Of a DNA stretch of 64,000 bases, positions 23,841-37,331 are shown piece after piece (position 1 is the first letter of the stretch; each line of letters begins with the position of its first letter). The translations under genes and the position numbers were made by a program. The notes beneath the pieces are model-generated. The model was given only the letters and a program-made list of their open reading frames with translations. It was not told where the DNA came from and searched no databases. This stretch comes from Chlorokybus atmophyticus (taxonomy: Eukaryota > Plantae > Mesostigma and Chlorokybus algae): contig RHPI01002368.1 of the NCBI GenBank assembly GCA_009103225.1, positions 1,060,708-1,124,707 of the forward strand, in the 5' to 3' direction.

Positions 23841-25407
23841 GACACAGAATCTCAAACTGCCATCTTTTGCTCGATGGGTCCTGCAGAACAAACACGTCTG
23901 CTAGCACTTGACGCCATTCTGTGGTCCAGTCTTTTCGAGCACCAATCCTATCCACCGTTTATAATATGGCAGGCCAGTGTCGATCTCGCCCTCCACAAGC
24001 TTCAGCCTGACCTCGATCACCGGTCTCACGGAATAGCGCGGGCGAGCAAGCATCATCCGATCAATGGGAACATTAAACAAGGTGTTTCCTCCAAAGGTTT
24101 GAACCAAAGGGGGCAGCTTCAACCGATCCAGCAGGCTTGAAACATAAGACAAGCAAGCGACTATCGAGTATCATATGGCAATGCACTTAGTGATTATGCC
24201 TTGAGTTAATGCACACAAAGTAATGACAAGCAGGCCAAAGCCGAATACAATAGCTCACTTTTGTTACTGGTCTCAATGACAGGTGAGTAGCCTGCAGGTT
24301 TGTTTTTATCGGAGTTATTTGAATCATTTGATGTGGACGTGGAAGGCTTTGTTGCCTTGCCCTTGCTGGATGACACGCTGTTATCGGGCATGTCTGCAAA
24401 GTACAACAAGAGTAGTATTGGATTTGTCAAGCCCTTGGCAGTGATGTGGTATGCCATAAGCTACCTCGCAGCCATTCGAAGAACTTTTTGTTCAAGTCGC
24501 CTGTTGGATCCACAAGATGCTTCAGCACCCTTCGGTTGACATTTGCTGCAAGATCCATTAGATTGAGTTCGTGCTCTGCCTCAGCTTCTTTTTACTTGAA
24601 ATTGGAACCCTTTGCTTTGGACAAGATCAGAAGTTCGGCTTTTGGCACAATGACGTCATTGTCGTCGTTGATATTGCTGTAGGGCAACCCGAGACAGTAG
24701 ATGGACTTTTTATCTGAGCACCACGCTCCAAGTAGGGCGTAGGTAGATGTGTTGGCCTGTGCACGGTAAGCTAAGCCGGATCTTGGAACTCAAGTAACCC
24801 AGGATCTTGGAACTCATGTAACCCACGCTTATAAACATAACGCTCACCTTACGCTTTACATTAAACCGGTAATTTCCCTGACCCATGTACCGCAACTTCC
24901 AAACATGTTGGCGCCCAGCTTGACCTATTGATTTTAAATTTGCAACGCTTGGTATGAGGATGACTTTGATTGAATTTTGCTTTTTAGCCCATGGCAATTC
25001 CAGATCGCTATCTGTCAACACAAGCTTGTCACGTACTTGTAAACGTCACACTCATTTCAGATTGGAGACATCTGCTGCACACCCTTAATTACTCACATGA
25101 GTAGATGACGGGTTCATCAACATCACTACTGACGCTGGAATCTTCTTGGTCTTGCTCTTTGTTGTCGCTTGGCTAATTGTTACTGGTGTCTACTTGCTTC
25201 CTGTCCTGCTTGTCATCATCGGAAGAAATCTCAACCGGCTTTTTCAGCTTTTGAGAACTTGTAAGTGTCTTCTGCGAAGGAGTCTTGTCTTGCTTCTTCT
25301 TTGTAGCACTTGTTATTGGCTGCGTGCCTGCAGGCTTTCATTGCGGTCCCTGACCAGGGCTAACAATTGCCAGGGGTTGTCTGCAGTTCATAACGTAACA
25401 AGATCAT

Positions 25408-26142
25408 ACATGTATGAGAAGGCAGTGCTGGACACCAACCGCAGCACCTCACGGCCTAAAGCCAACACAATTATTGAGCCTCCTCGCCGCGAACGTGGCC
25501 GGGACGCTCCATCAGCACGCAATAAAGAAACACGGTCAACTCATGCTGCTTGGCATTGCCATGTGCTGTGTCATCGCTGTGGACGGCATGGGCATTACTA
25601 AAAGGAGTGCACCGAAGAGTACTCAACTCTGGTCTGCGACTATTGTCACAAGACGGGTCACTTGGAGTTGGTATGCTGGCTCAAGTTCCCTTAGTTGAGA
25701 CCTGCCAACAGTTACAACGGCAACAACTACTCTGGTGGCTACAACAACAACAATGGAGGCCACAACGGCGACAACTCTAGTGGCTACAACTGCAACCACA
25801 CCGAAGGCCATAACAACAACAACAACCACGCCAACGCTCGCAAGGAAGAGCAAGGTTACAAGGGGAAGAATCGTCCTCCTCAGCGCAAGGGACTCGAAAG
25901 ATGTTCGCGCGCTGCTGTTGTTGCCGCCAAGGTTTCAGCCAACCCGCCAGCTGATGACCATATTGCTGCCCTCATGGCGCGTATGGCATGCTTGGAGGAA
26001 GATAATGAGCAGGACTACCGCGCTTGCTATTCTGCCCGATGGGCACTGATGGCTCCAAAGCGCACGAGAGACATGAGCACTACGTCACGCGTTCAACCAT
26101 CCCGACGAACACGAGGGGAAGCCGCAACACCGTCAGCAGCTA
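25408..26142 (+). pseudogene. Orphan gag-like element copy 2, zinc-knuckle and N/G/Y-repeat region
   Basis: Closely similar to 4497-5275 (YEKAVLDTNRS, CHRCGRHGHY, ACYSARWALMAPKRTRD) with stops. Confidence 0.88.
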
Positions 26143-26785
26143 TGTAACAGCCTGGGGCATTTTTTGTATTTTATTGTACATAAAGTACTTATTTTGCCTT
26201 TTTTGCTGGCTTGATGAGGGCTTTTATGAGCTTTATTAAGCCCATGTGGCGCCTGCCCCTGCTGCCGCGCGCGACTCGCCTGCGACCTGCTCGACAGCAG
26301 CTAATTTGGCGATGTGACCCACCTGCCACGCGGTTGTGACACAGCCGCTGACTGGACACGCGCTGTGCAGTGCCAGGTGACGCGGACTGCACAGTCACAC
26401 AGCCGCCGAAGGCCCAACGCGCGTGGCGGGGAGCCTGCACTTGGACCTGCCTTTAGATTTGGTAGTGAATAATGAAATGCCTGTTAATTAGGCTATTTCT
26501 TCCTAAGTGCTTGTATAAATAGAAAAACCCTGTGTAATGCAACCAACTTTGTTTTCTGCTCTCTGCTGTGAGTATGCTGGTGCATGCTTGAGGGAGTTGT
26601 AATCCAAGGCACACTGCTGCGTTCTTGCTTGGCGTGAGAAGTAGTAGTGTTCGTGTGCGTGTGCGCGCTCGACGCGTGCGTGCGTGCGCGAGTGAAGGCA
26701 AGGTTCCGGTGTGAAGATTGTGCTCAGCTGCACACATGTGTTGTATGACTTGTGTGCTGTGTATGTGAGCACGAGCATCGTTACA
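26143..26785 (+). repeat. Gypsy 5' LTR (643 bp)
   Basis: Near-identical to the 3' LTR and followed by a Met-tRNA-type PBS. Confidence 0.96.
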
Positions 26786-27389
26786 GTGGTATCGGAGCCC
26801 TTGGAGGGGTTGGGTTTCTTGTTTTAAGGGGATATTAACTATCTCTTTGGTGTGTGAGGTATTTTTCTGTTTATGGACGCTACCATGGATGATGCACGTG
26901 TTGTGGAGCTTCAGCAAGTGCTGGTAGCTGCTCATGAGGAGCTGCAACGTGTCCAAGCATCTGCCTAAGCTCAAGCGGCACAATTTCAACAAGCCATGGC
27001 GCAAGCGCGCGCGTCCACGCCCGTTACAGCTCCTGTGGTTGCCCCATCAGCCTCTCGTCATGTGAAGCTACCAAAACCAAAGCCATTCAAGGGTCAGAGG
27101 GACGGTGACTATGTTGAGGAATGGGTGTTTGCCGTTTCGACATGGTTAAAGCTCACCGAGGTACCTATACATCTCCGTGTCGATGTGGCTGCTACTTTCT
27201 TTGAGGGAGCTGCACTTGTGTGGTGGCGTCATCGTTGTGCTCGTGTGGAAGCTGGTCTTGAGGTTCCTTTCACTACCGTGGCTGAGCTGGCTGCTGAGGT
27301 GAAGAAACAGTTCGTACCGGTGGAGAGTGCGAAGACGGCACGCGACCAGCTCTCTACGCTTGTGCAAACGCAGTCCGTGATGGCCTATA

Positions 27390-27760
27390 CACAGGGCTTT
27401 TTACGCGCGGACCAGTCGTACGCAGCCCGTAGACCACGTCTGGTACGTTGTAGCATACCAGTGCCGCGACTGGTCCGGCATGATCGGACCACCGGTGGTC
27501 CGGCCCCGGAGCCCGCCGATATGGTCCGAACGTCCGGACCAGGGCTGGTGGCGTGTCCCGCGGCTTGTAGACCGGTACAGCACTGGTCAGCACGCGGCCT
27601 GAGCAGTAGGACCAAGGCTGGTCGCATGCCCTGCGGCCTATGAGCCAGGGCAGCACTGGTACAGAATGCATGTACTGTACGGACCAATTATGTCCTCACA
27701 AGCGGGACCAAGCTGCACTGGTACGGTTGCAAGCGGCCCTCATAGACCATGCATGGTTCC
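27390..27760. repeat. Left subterminal repeat field (GGACCA/TGGTCC units, both orientations)
   Basis: More than a dozen GGACC/GGTCC-type units counted by eye; typical of CACTA ends. Confidence 0.85.
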
Positions 27761-28087
27761 GAAACCGAAACAGCACTCAACAACTCAACAGCACTCAACA
27801 ACTCAACAGCACTCAACAACTCAACAGCTCTTTTGAATCATTAATATATTATGATAACCAACGGTGAAGAATGACGTCGGAAGCATACGACACATCTCAC
27901 CTGGTCCATTGCTCCCAAGGTCACGTGCGCCAATGCTAAACAAGTAGCAGGCACTGGGCATGCATGGTCCCCTGTCCATTTGCTAGGGTTTTGGGCTTGC
28001 GCTGCAGTCTCGGCGGCGGCGGCGGCGGCGGCGGTGGCGAAAACCTTTGGAACAGCTGGTTTCGTGGGTACTACGCATGCACCCAGC

Positions 28088-31000
28088 ATGGCGGACCGAA
28101 AAGCAGCTGATATTGCTGAAAGACTCCACCAGTCTATCGGACTCAAGCTACCTGCAGTCAACCTTGCAGCTTTGCGCAAGCGGAAGCAGCGTTCCAAGTT
28201 GGTTGTCAACGCAACGCAAGGTCTCCTACGTCAAAAGGACTTGGAGTTGAGTTAAAGAGAGCAAGCTCTTGCCCGCAGAGAAGCTGAGGTGTCCCAACTT
28301 TTGGCTGATAGCGGCCTCGCTGGTGACAACGCGTCCCCCATGGAGGTGGATGGGCAGGCAGACCCCTCACTCAGGTAACATCCTTGCCCCCACTAGCTAG
28401 CTTTCAAGCCTCATTGCGACACAGCCAGCACATATTTCTTGACAGCAGCTGTTAAGCGCCTTATATGACTCCCTGCAGGCCAGCTTCAGCAACTCAGCCT
28501 GCTGCTCACCCCCCTGCAACCGCTGGCCAGCCATCCACTTCGCATTCCCCTCTGTCACCGGCTGCTGAAGCTGGAGGTGGCTCATTCGCCGACGAGTCGT
28601 CTGATCATGTGGAGAGCCAGCAGCAGCAGCAGCAGCAGCAGCAGAATTGTCAAGTTATCTGCAACTGCAGTTCCAGTGGATGCCGCGGCATGGTAAGCAG
28701 TGCGGTCCATGAGTTATGCAATCTATTGCTCTGACCGAAAGTCTCATAGGCACTGTCCAGTGTCTACGAGTCATGCACTCCATTGCTGTGACCTAAAGTC
28801 TCATAGGCACTATCCAGTGTCTACGACTTATGCGTTCCTTTGCTGAGACCCAAGGACTCGTAGGCACTGGACAGTGCCAGTCTGGTCTATGACACAGCCA
28901 TGCACGCGTGTGTCTTGCTTGTGATTCTTGATAGCGTGGTGATGTGGATTGGTGTTGATCGCTGGCGTGCTAACCAAGATCTGTCATCATAGATGGTGGA
29001 CGAAGCAGTTGCAAGGGCGCACCGTGCACTGAACCTGGCAGTTGCCGCAAGCAGGTGGGCACCACCTATTCCCCATAGTCAACCTCTCGAGCCCAGCCAA
29101 CCACCATCGGAGTCTGCTACGAAGAAGTGGCTGGATATCTACCTAAAGATTGTGACAGCCCTGGAAGATTCTGGTGTCCAGGTTGCTCTCGTCAACGATT
29201 ATGAAGCTCATCTTTTGCCAAATAAATTCTGTGGTCAAGCTGGCCTTGGAGGTTCCTTTTGAACAGGAGCAGTTGCGGGATGACATCGCCAGACTCATAG
29301 GCGACACAATATCGCACAGCCCTGTCGCGGATGAGCTGCCGACAGACATTGCCGCCGTGGATAAACTGTTGGCCGCGCTCGGCATGCCTGTTCCTCAGCG
29401 CCTGACCGTCTGTCCCACATGCAAGTACTTGTTTGATGCACCTTATCCCACACTCAGTGAAGATGACGAAGACTCGGACACGAACGAGACCAAGCAAAAA
29501 ATGATTGCCTTCGCAACACACCATGCGGAGGGGGATGCGGCAGGGTTCGCAAAGAATGTTGCGACTTCTTGTACAATCGTACAGGTGCCTGGCTCAGCGC
29601 CAAGTTAGCTGTCCCTTCAATTGCTCACGACTATCTGGAGGAATGGCGCCACAAAGATGAGTGGTTGCACGTCCCTGTGGAACAAGTACCTGCTGCAAAC
29701 ACTGAGTACTGGCATGGTGCGAAGAAGCAGCATCACTGCATCTTCTGGGACCCTCGCCACAAAATCAAGCTGCCTGTGTCTTGTGCATTCTGCCACCACA
29801 TCGCGGATGTCGATTTGGAGCATCACAACGCAGGCGATCACGTGACATTTGAATGCTCAGGGTGCCACAAAACCAACCATCCAATGGTACAGCAAGCTCT
29901 TGGCGACCCTCGCAACATAGCCCTGCTAATCCATGCCGACGGCTTCAGCTTAACAACCACTGTGAAGCACAGCTGCACCGTTGTCAGTGCCTCTGTGCTC
30001 AATGGCGGGAAGCGCATTTCCTCACAAGAGTCTTCCGTCATGCGTTTGCTCTTTGTTCCCACTGATCAGCTCCCAAACGGTGTGGACAGTCTGGAGCCCT
30101 TTCTAGAACCACTGGTGCGTGACCTGGAGAACCTCTACTTGAACGGCTTCACTGTTCGTTATGGCCTCGATTCCAATCATGTCGACAGCCGCGTGCTTGA
30201 TCGACGACCAGGTAATGACTGGGTTATAACATGTTTTGTCACCTATATCACCCAAAGTCTCATAGGCACTGTCCAGAGTCTACAATGTATGCAGTCCATT
30301 TTTGTGTATGCTAAAGTCTCATAGGCACTGTTCAGTGGCTGCGACTTGGTTATAGCATATCTGCCTTCTTGCGGTCTATAAGACTGTCATAGGCTGCACT
30401 GCCCAGTGCGGCCTATTACAGTCTCTATCAGACTGGTTGTGAGATACTGATGTTGACTTCATTGCAGGTCAAGAGATAACGCTGCGGGTAGTGCTGTGGG
30501 CATGGACGGGTGACCAGCCAGCGCAATGTGAGATAGGTCAGTTTCAAAATGGAGGCCTCGTCCCCTGCCGGCGTTGTCTCCTCAAAGCCACTCAGCACCA
30601 AGTGCCCTGGCGTGCTGAGCAGGGTGAAGATACTACGAGGACACGTACAGACCATTTTTATGGTGACAATCGCTACTACTGCCGCCATCCCCCAGCAGAG
30701 AGAGCAGCAAAGGATGCGTTCGACAACGCGTGCATGGTGGACTCACTCGATGGCCAAAACCGGAAAGAAAAATCAATGGAGTGCGGCATCACAGGGAAAT
30801 CTCCACTCTGGCGGCTGTGGCATCTGTATGAGTTTAACCCTTGCCATGACTTGGTCTATGACACGATGCACCTGTTGCTGGAGGGGCTTTGCAAAAGTTT
30901 CGTGCACAGTACGTTGGGTGCAGACAGTTCAAAGCATGTCGAAGACATTGCCAAGGTGGAGCGGAGGCTGTCTCAGATGCGCATATCACGCCCCATGGAC

Positions 31001-33104
31001 TTGAAGAGCAAACGTTTCCCAAGAGGCATCAGCAAGCACCTGGCTCGGTTCAAGGCCCAGGACTTGCAGATGTTCGTGCAGTATGCTGTGCCATACGCTG
31101 TGTCCGATCTGGTAGACGAAGCAACCAGAGACGTCAGCTTTGCGCTTCACTTGCTCATCCGCATCTTCTTCCACAACTCTCGCCTACATAGCTGGACTGC
31201 GGAGCTGTTGGAACTTGCTGACGCTCTTTTGAAATATTGGAGAGTCTACTCGGAGGACCTGTTTGGCACCAACAAAAGGCCCAACGAGCATGTGGCCGGT
31301 GCCGGTCACATTCTGGAGGACATCATCTGGCACGGGAGTCATGATGTGTACTGGTGTTTTGTGCAAGAGCGCACTGTGTCCAACTATGTCAACACCTTCA
31401 CCAATGGGAAGCAGTTTGAGATCAGCTACATGCGGCGTACACTATAGAGATGGTTTTTGAGGACGCTCAACATCATGCGAGAAGATCAGAGGACTGGAAA
31501 GCTGTTGTGCCACCGAGCTAATGATATAATGGCGCACTCTCAGCAGGTTTACCAGCCTTTGAGTGGAGCATGTAGTGACTGTCATTACGAAGTGCGCACA
31601 CAAAAGCACGCCATGGAGCTCTGGACCCTCGCTGAGAAATTCCCAGACTTGGAGCATGCACGACTGATCAGAGAAAAGGGCATCCTTATTGGCAGCACCA
31701 GGAAGCCTGTCCCTCTTCAGGGACCCTTGGCCTTGGAAATTAAGCGCGTTGAGGACATCACTGGCAACTTGCCCGGAGGCATACGCAAGTTCCGCGCATA
31801 TCTGCATAACGGGGTCATCTACAGGTGTGGTATAGTCTACGAATTTTGCAATCTATTGCTCTGACCTAAAGTCTCATAGGCACTGTCCAGTGTCTACGAA
31901 TTTTGCAATCTATTGCTCTGACCTAAAGTCTCATAGACACTGTCCAGTGTCTACGAATTTTGCAATCTATTGCTCTGACCTAAAGTCTCATAGGCACTGT
32001 CCAGTGTCTACGAATTATGTAATCTATTGCTCTGACCGAAAGTCTCATAGGCACTGTCCAGTGTCTACGAATTACGCATTCTATTGCTCTGCCCGAAAGT
32101 CTCATAGGCACTGTCAGGTGTCTCATAGGCAGTGTCTACTGTCATCTCTTGATACAAAGTGAGTGAGTAAAGCCTTTGGTATTTGCAGACGCAGAGGCGT
32201 TGATAACGTGTAGATGGCGGACCCAACTATCGCACCATGCCGGGTGGATGAGATCTACCTGTTCAATGAGCGGAAATCCACTATCCATGTGCAAGTGCGG
32301 CTTTATACCAAGAAGCGTGATGCCATGGGCAATGACCTGATTGACAGAGACACTGGTGCACAGTGCATTGGGCGTTTGGCAGATGAGTTTACGCTCATCG
32401 GTGGAGACCAGTTGCAACGCAAGCTCTGGGTGTTGCTCAACCGTGATGTAGCAAATCATCAATTGGCGTACGACTATGACAGCACAGAGTTGAGAGTCAC
32501 TGCAGCCGACATCCCCTTGCCGGTGTGGCCAGAAAAGGGCGATGTCCTGGAGATGCGGCACAACAGCAAGTCCATTTTCGACTTCAGACTTCCGCATGAG
32601 CCCCCAGATGAAGATCCTGCTGACCCACCCCCTTGGGTTGTTGTGGTCAAAGAGGTGCGGTCCGACGGTCATATGGTAGTCGACTACCAAAAGAAGGCAG
32701 GGGGGAGGAGGCTAGGCGTCTGGGTGGTTAACACAGCTGCGAGCGACCAGGTGGAGGACCCTTTCTCAGCCAAAACAAAGCTCGACTGGCCAAGGCAAGG
32801 GAGCAGCAGAAGCAGCTGCGCTTGGACTGAGAGAAGTAGAAGTGATGGACGGCGAATGAAATTCAACCAACATCGCATGTATTGGAAGCCAGGACAGCAG
32901 GCAGCAAGTGAGTGTGTTTGCACTTTCATTCACGTGTTTGTGAAGTGCGTGTGTCTGCATCAGTTCGGACAACTGCGCCTTGCAGACAACTATGTGCACT
33001 GTGCGCGTCCTCCGCTTCTAGGTGTTGCTGCATCGAAACACCAAGTTAGAGCACAAACACGAAACAGCGGGGTCATAGACCGAAATGGACAGTGCGGCCT
33101 GTGA
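28088..33104 (+). CDS. Multi-exon CACTA transposase (Transposase_21/DUF4218-like) with BAH-like and Tudor-like C-terminal domains; several stops and frameshifts
   Basis: PRNIALLIHADGF, LEPFLEPLVRDLENLYLNGF, TGDQPAQCE, YDTMHLL and HILEDIIWHGSHDVYWCFVQER parallel the En/Spm TnpD motifs. Start and exon edges are approximate. Confidence 0.85.
28710..28880 (+). repeat. About 3 copies of the 57-bp intronic unit
   Basis: AAAGTCTCATAGGCACTGTCCAGTGTCTACGA units. Confidence 0.85.
31835..32115 (+). repeat. 5 x 57-bp tandem repeat in a transposase intron
   Basis: GTCTACGAA starts at 31835, 31892, 31949, 32006 and 32063. Confidence 0.96.
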
Positions 33105-33126
33105 CGCACAAGTAGCCATAGACTGA

Positions 33127-36100
33127 CTAATGCTGATTTTGGCCAAGGGTTACATGAAGTTGGGGCACTTGCTGTCGGAGGTACTGGACAAAGCCTTCAA
33201 CCAACTTGGCTATATTGCTGGCATTGGCGACTCCTGAACGTGCAGCAGCGATACCGTCTTTTAACTTCTTACGAGCATCGTCGTCACCGTCACCGTTGCT
33301 GTCATCATCGCTGCTTTCATGATCGCTGGGTTCATCACCACTGCCGTCTCCATGATGATCACCTCCAGCAGGTTCATGATGATCACCTCCAGCAGGTTCA
33401 TCACGACCTCCAGCAGGTTCATCACCTCCAGCAGGTTCATTACCGCTGACATGCTGACCCTCAGCAGCACCTCCTGGAGTCCCTGCAGCAGTTTGATGGC
33501 CACGGTCTATGGCATCCTTCTCTGCGCTTCCTTGTGGTGGCCTGTCCGGAAACACTAGAGGAACTGAAGGTCGCCCCGAAACCCCTCCCAATGCTGCAAG
33601 TGCAGCAGCAGCAGCAGCAGAGGCAAGAGCAGCATCAACAGCAGCTTGAGAAGGATTGCTAGAGGTAGCCGCAGCACCAGAAGCAGCACTAGAAGGAGTC
33701 GGACCAGGAGCTGCAGCAGGAATGGATGGCCAAGGATGGTTGCACTCCCACTTGTTGATGAGGTATGCGCGCAAGGACTTGTAATTCTCAGCCCATCCTG
33801 GATCCTGAAAATGGATGGTCTTCATCTGCTCTTCCAGCCAAACTTCTCGCTTCTGTTTCCTCCGATTAGCAATGGCGTTGATGCGTAGCCGGCGTGTCTC
33901 CCACTCCGCCTTGTTGCGTTGCTGCAATTGCTTTTGCTCAGCCTGCCACTGTGCAGTCGTATCTTGGGCGTTTTGAACATTGGTGCGCACGGCAGCTATC
34001 TGCTCCTCAATCAACCAAGGTCGCCTGCTTTCATTCAGACCATTACGCACCATGGACAAAATGGTCTTCTCGATTCTTGACTGATAATCCTGCTCCTTCA
34101 GCCTGTGCTGATTTGCAGCCCGTGTCACCATGGCGCCCTGAGCGGCAATCTCTTGAAGGCCTTTGCGAATTGTAGTCTCTGCCTTACGGAACACTTCCTT
34201 GGTAAGTTTCTGCGGATCATAACCATCAGTTAGAACACGAATTACACACAACTCATTTACGTTTAATAACACAAACATACCCTCTGTTCTTTCTCTTGTT
34301 CTACTTTGGAGTCTATCTGTCTTAACAGCAGGAATAGTCTATCTAGCACGCGTGTAAGCTCAGCGCACTTGCTTTCAGCTGAGTCAAATATCCCTTTTAA
34401 AAGGCGTACAGACGCCTCTCTGACAGTGTGATTGACTGTGTCGTTCTGGTGACACAAGTGCAGTCTATGAATGCACAATGACATGTACGACCATGCACTG
34501 ACGAAGCGTTCTCAACACTTACATTCGGTCTTTGATTTCGGGCGACTTGTGGTCGTTTCAGCACCTTCCATGTGTAGGCGCCTAAAGATTCACCAGCTTG
34601 ACGCGGTGCAGTGCAAGCGGCGAGGTACGCGCCGTCTTCGAGCGCGACGCCATGGCGAGCTGCCATCTCTGTTGCCTCCTTGATAAAATTTTCTCTGGCC
34701 GCCTCGAAAAAGTAAACCATGACCTGAGGTAAGATGGTGATCAGCACATTGTTTGCAATACTGAATGATAAGGTCATAGACCGCACAGCTCTCACAGATG
34801 CAGTCTATAACAGCAGGAGACAGTGTCTGGCAGAGCAAGTGATGTCTATAGGCATGAGCCACAGGCTGCATATACTCACATGGTCTGTAGGTTGCTCGTC
34901 TGGAGGTGGAGGGAAGGGATCGTATTCCATGAGCAGCTCTTCCCCGGCGGCGATGTCACTCTGACTCCTAACCTCAGCTGCCTGCACCGCAGCCTCATCA
35001 ACGGAGTCCATGATGTGGCGATTGGGTTTGTACTGCGTATCGCGGCTGGAGTTGAGGAAGCCAGCTATGTTCCCATATTGAGGGTGGCCATCGATGACAG
35101 GGCTCTGGCGGCGTGGCACGTCCCTGATGACCTGCAGGTGGTATCGCTGGTGGTGCAGGTGCTCCTTCTGAGGGAATGTCTTCTGCATCTCCCGGTAGGA
35201 GTACCACTTGCCGTCAAAGACCATGATGCGGTCACCCTTCTTAATAGGCTGGCAGGTGAACAAGCCGAGCCCTGCGCCAGGGATATTGGAAGGCTTGATG
35301 ACGAACTCTTTGCCAGCAAAATAGAAGAGTTCGCCTATGGGAATTGGACCATTCGTCCACAGCTGCCATGGGTCACCGGTCGCTCTATGTATGCGCTTGC
35401 GGTTGGGAAGCTCTCTGTCACTCTACAAACAACAAGTGACGGTAAGTTGGTGTGAATTGTCATAGGCTGCAACTGAGCAGTGCATGCAGCATGGCGCCCA
35501 TGGTATGTGATCAGCATGCATGATATTATGCGAACAGAGACGCACCCGCAGATGTTCTTTTGATGGCGGTGGCAACTCCACAGCGTCCATCCCCGTCTTG
35601 GTGAATCGATTGACCTCGGCTGCAGCATTGGTCACAGCCAGTTCACGGGCCTGCGCTGATCGGTGTTGCCTTGGCTTAGTAGCCTGTGGGGCATCGGCTA
35701 CAGGTTGGTTCACCCTGCCACCCTGTGTGTAAGACAATGGTAAGGATATCATATACATTTATTGACTCACAGACTGTCTCGGCCTATGACATAAGACAAC
35801 GCGCACATGTCCTGATCAGAGCAGTCTATGAGTATTCGCATGGATACTCACAGGTGTTTGGGGAGTTTTGGGAGAGCCGGCTGCCGATGACGTTCCTATT
35901 TTCATGCCTCGCCAGCTGGCATGCCTCGGTTTCTTTGCAGGTGGCACCACCTCTTCCTCCTCAGACTGCTCCAATTCCAACACCTCCTGCGTAGCCTTCT
36001 GCGCTGACTCCTCCGACCCCTCCTGCATCACATCCTCAAGTTGTTCCTCAAGCTCCTCTGGCTCCCTCGTCTCTATCGCAGCGAAGTCGAACTCGGTTTC

Positions 36101-36875
36101 CTCCGCTGTTGACCCTTCTGCCGCTGAACCTGCAGCGGCAACACCTGAACCTTGCTGCCGCTGCCGCTTTGTCCGCTTTGGTGTGGTTTGCTCCTTCGGG
36201 TAGAGGGGGATGTTGTTGTAATCGTGCTCAGCGTCATCCCAGAATTTCTTGTTCTGTGTAACAAGCGACAAGGTTAGCAACCAAGGCGTTGTAATGGCAT
36301 TTTTTTTCGCTAACAGTTGCATGCTGCATGTGCTTACAAATGCAAAGGCTCCAGTGTGATGCTTTCGCAGATACTCCTCGGTGACTCTCCGCACGTTGTC
36401 GACGGAAACTCTGCTTTGTTTGGGATGATTCAGGGCCTGCACGCCAACATATGCTTCACGTAAGTCAATTTTGCATAGTCTTTTGCCCAGATATCAGTTC
36501 ACTAGCATGCATACAACGTCTATGAGTCTACAAGTCTATAAGAACTAACGCACTTTCACAACATCACACGCACCCGTACTGCTTTGGAGAGAGAATCCCC
36601 CATCCGTCCCTTCAGCTCATCTGCTGTCTCCCTGCCGCCCTGGTTGGTTCGTCTGCGCATGTACCTGCAATATATCTGATGTGCAGGTGCTGCGCGATCT
36701 TTGCAGTCTTGGTGTGTGTGGTTTCTGGAAGCCCGTTGGACTTTAAATGGCCCGCCTTCACATTTGTTCTGCAGTAGGGACAGTGCCAATAGAAAGTCCG
36801 CTGGTGTGAAGGCTGCCTCCGAGTCTCCTCTGAAGTCGACGATGCCGCCGACACGGTAGGGATGTCATCATCCAT
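33127..36875 (-). CDS. CACTA-1 cargo gene: Zn-finger-like N-terminus, acidic region, SET domain, coiled-coil C-terminus (multi-exon)
   Basis: FYWHCPYCRTNVKAGH...H..H...C exon. SET motifs IKPSNIPGAGLGLFTCQPIKKGD, GNIAGFLNSS and GEELLMEY at 34919-35305. ORF 33127-34278 is helical and coiled-coil-like. The joining of exons into one gene is inferred. Confidence 0.78.
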
Positions 36876-37020
36876 GGTGTTTCTCAGCTTGCTGATCTCT
36901 GCAACAACTTGCACTGGATAACACTCTTGTGCAACACAAGCCAGCACTCCGCTACCACACCTCTGCCAGCACCGCCAGAACTACCCTAGGCACACCAAAC
37001 ATCACGCTGCCGGCGGCGTG

Positions 37021-37104
37021 ACAGGCGACCGCATAGGCCGCTCCGACGAACCCTAGGTCACAGGCGACCGTATAGGCCGCTCCGACGAACCCTAGGTCAC
37101 AGGC
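37021..37104. repeat. 2 x 39-bp direct repeat between the divergent cargo genes
   Basis: ACAGGCGACCG(C/T)ATAGGCCGCTCCGACGAACCCTAGGTC at 37021 and 37060. Confidence 0.9.
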
Positions 37105-37331
37105 ACTGGAAGTTGATTCATTTGGAAGTGTTTGTTGTCAGGTTCCGTCATTTAGAAGTTTTGTTCGCTCGCGCGTGCGTTGTGCGCATGTGTTGTGCGT
37201 TGTGCGCAGTATGACTTCGGCACTGGTTATCGCAGCTGCAATAAGTCGCGTGCTGTAGACTCTCGTGCTATAGACTGCTGTGTGAGCCTTTTGTCACCTG
37301 GAAGCTTAGGTGCTTTGTGCATAGTGTAACA

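Noticed and set aside
27354-27867. ORFs over the CACTA subterminal repeats, and the many antisense ORFs over gag and pol genes
   Set aside because: By-products of GC-rich repeats and codon structure; no domain content.
31835-32115. CRISPR-like array or 19-aa repeat protein (ORF 31890-32162)
   Set aside because: Units are contiguous with no unique spacers, the context is eukaryotic, and the array lies between splice sites in an intron.
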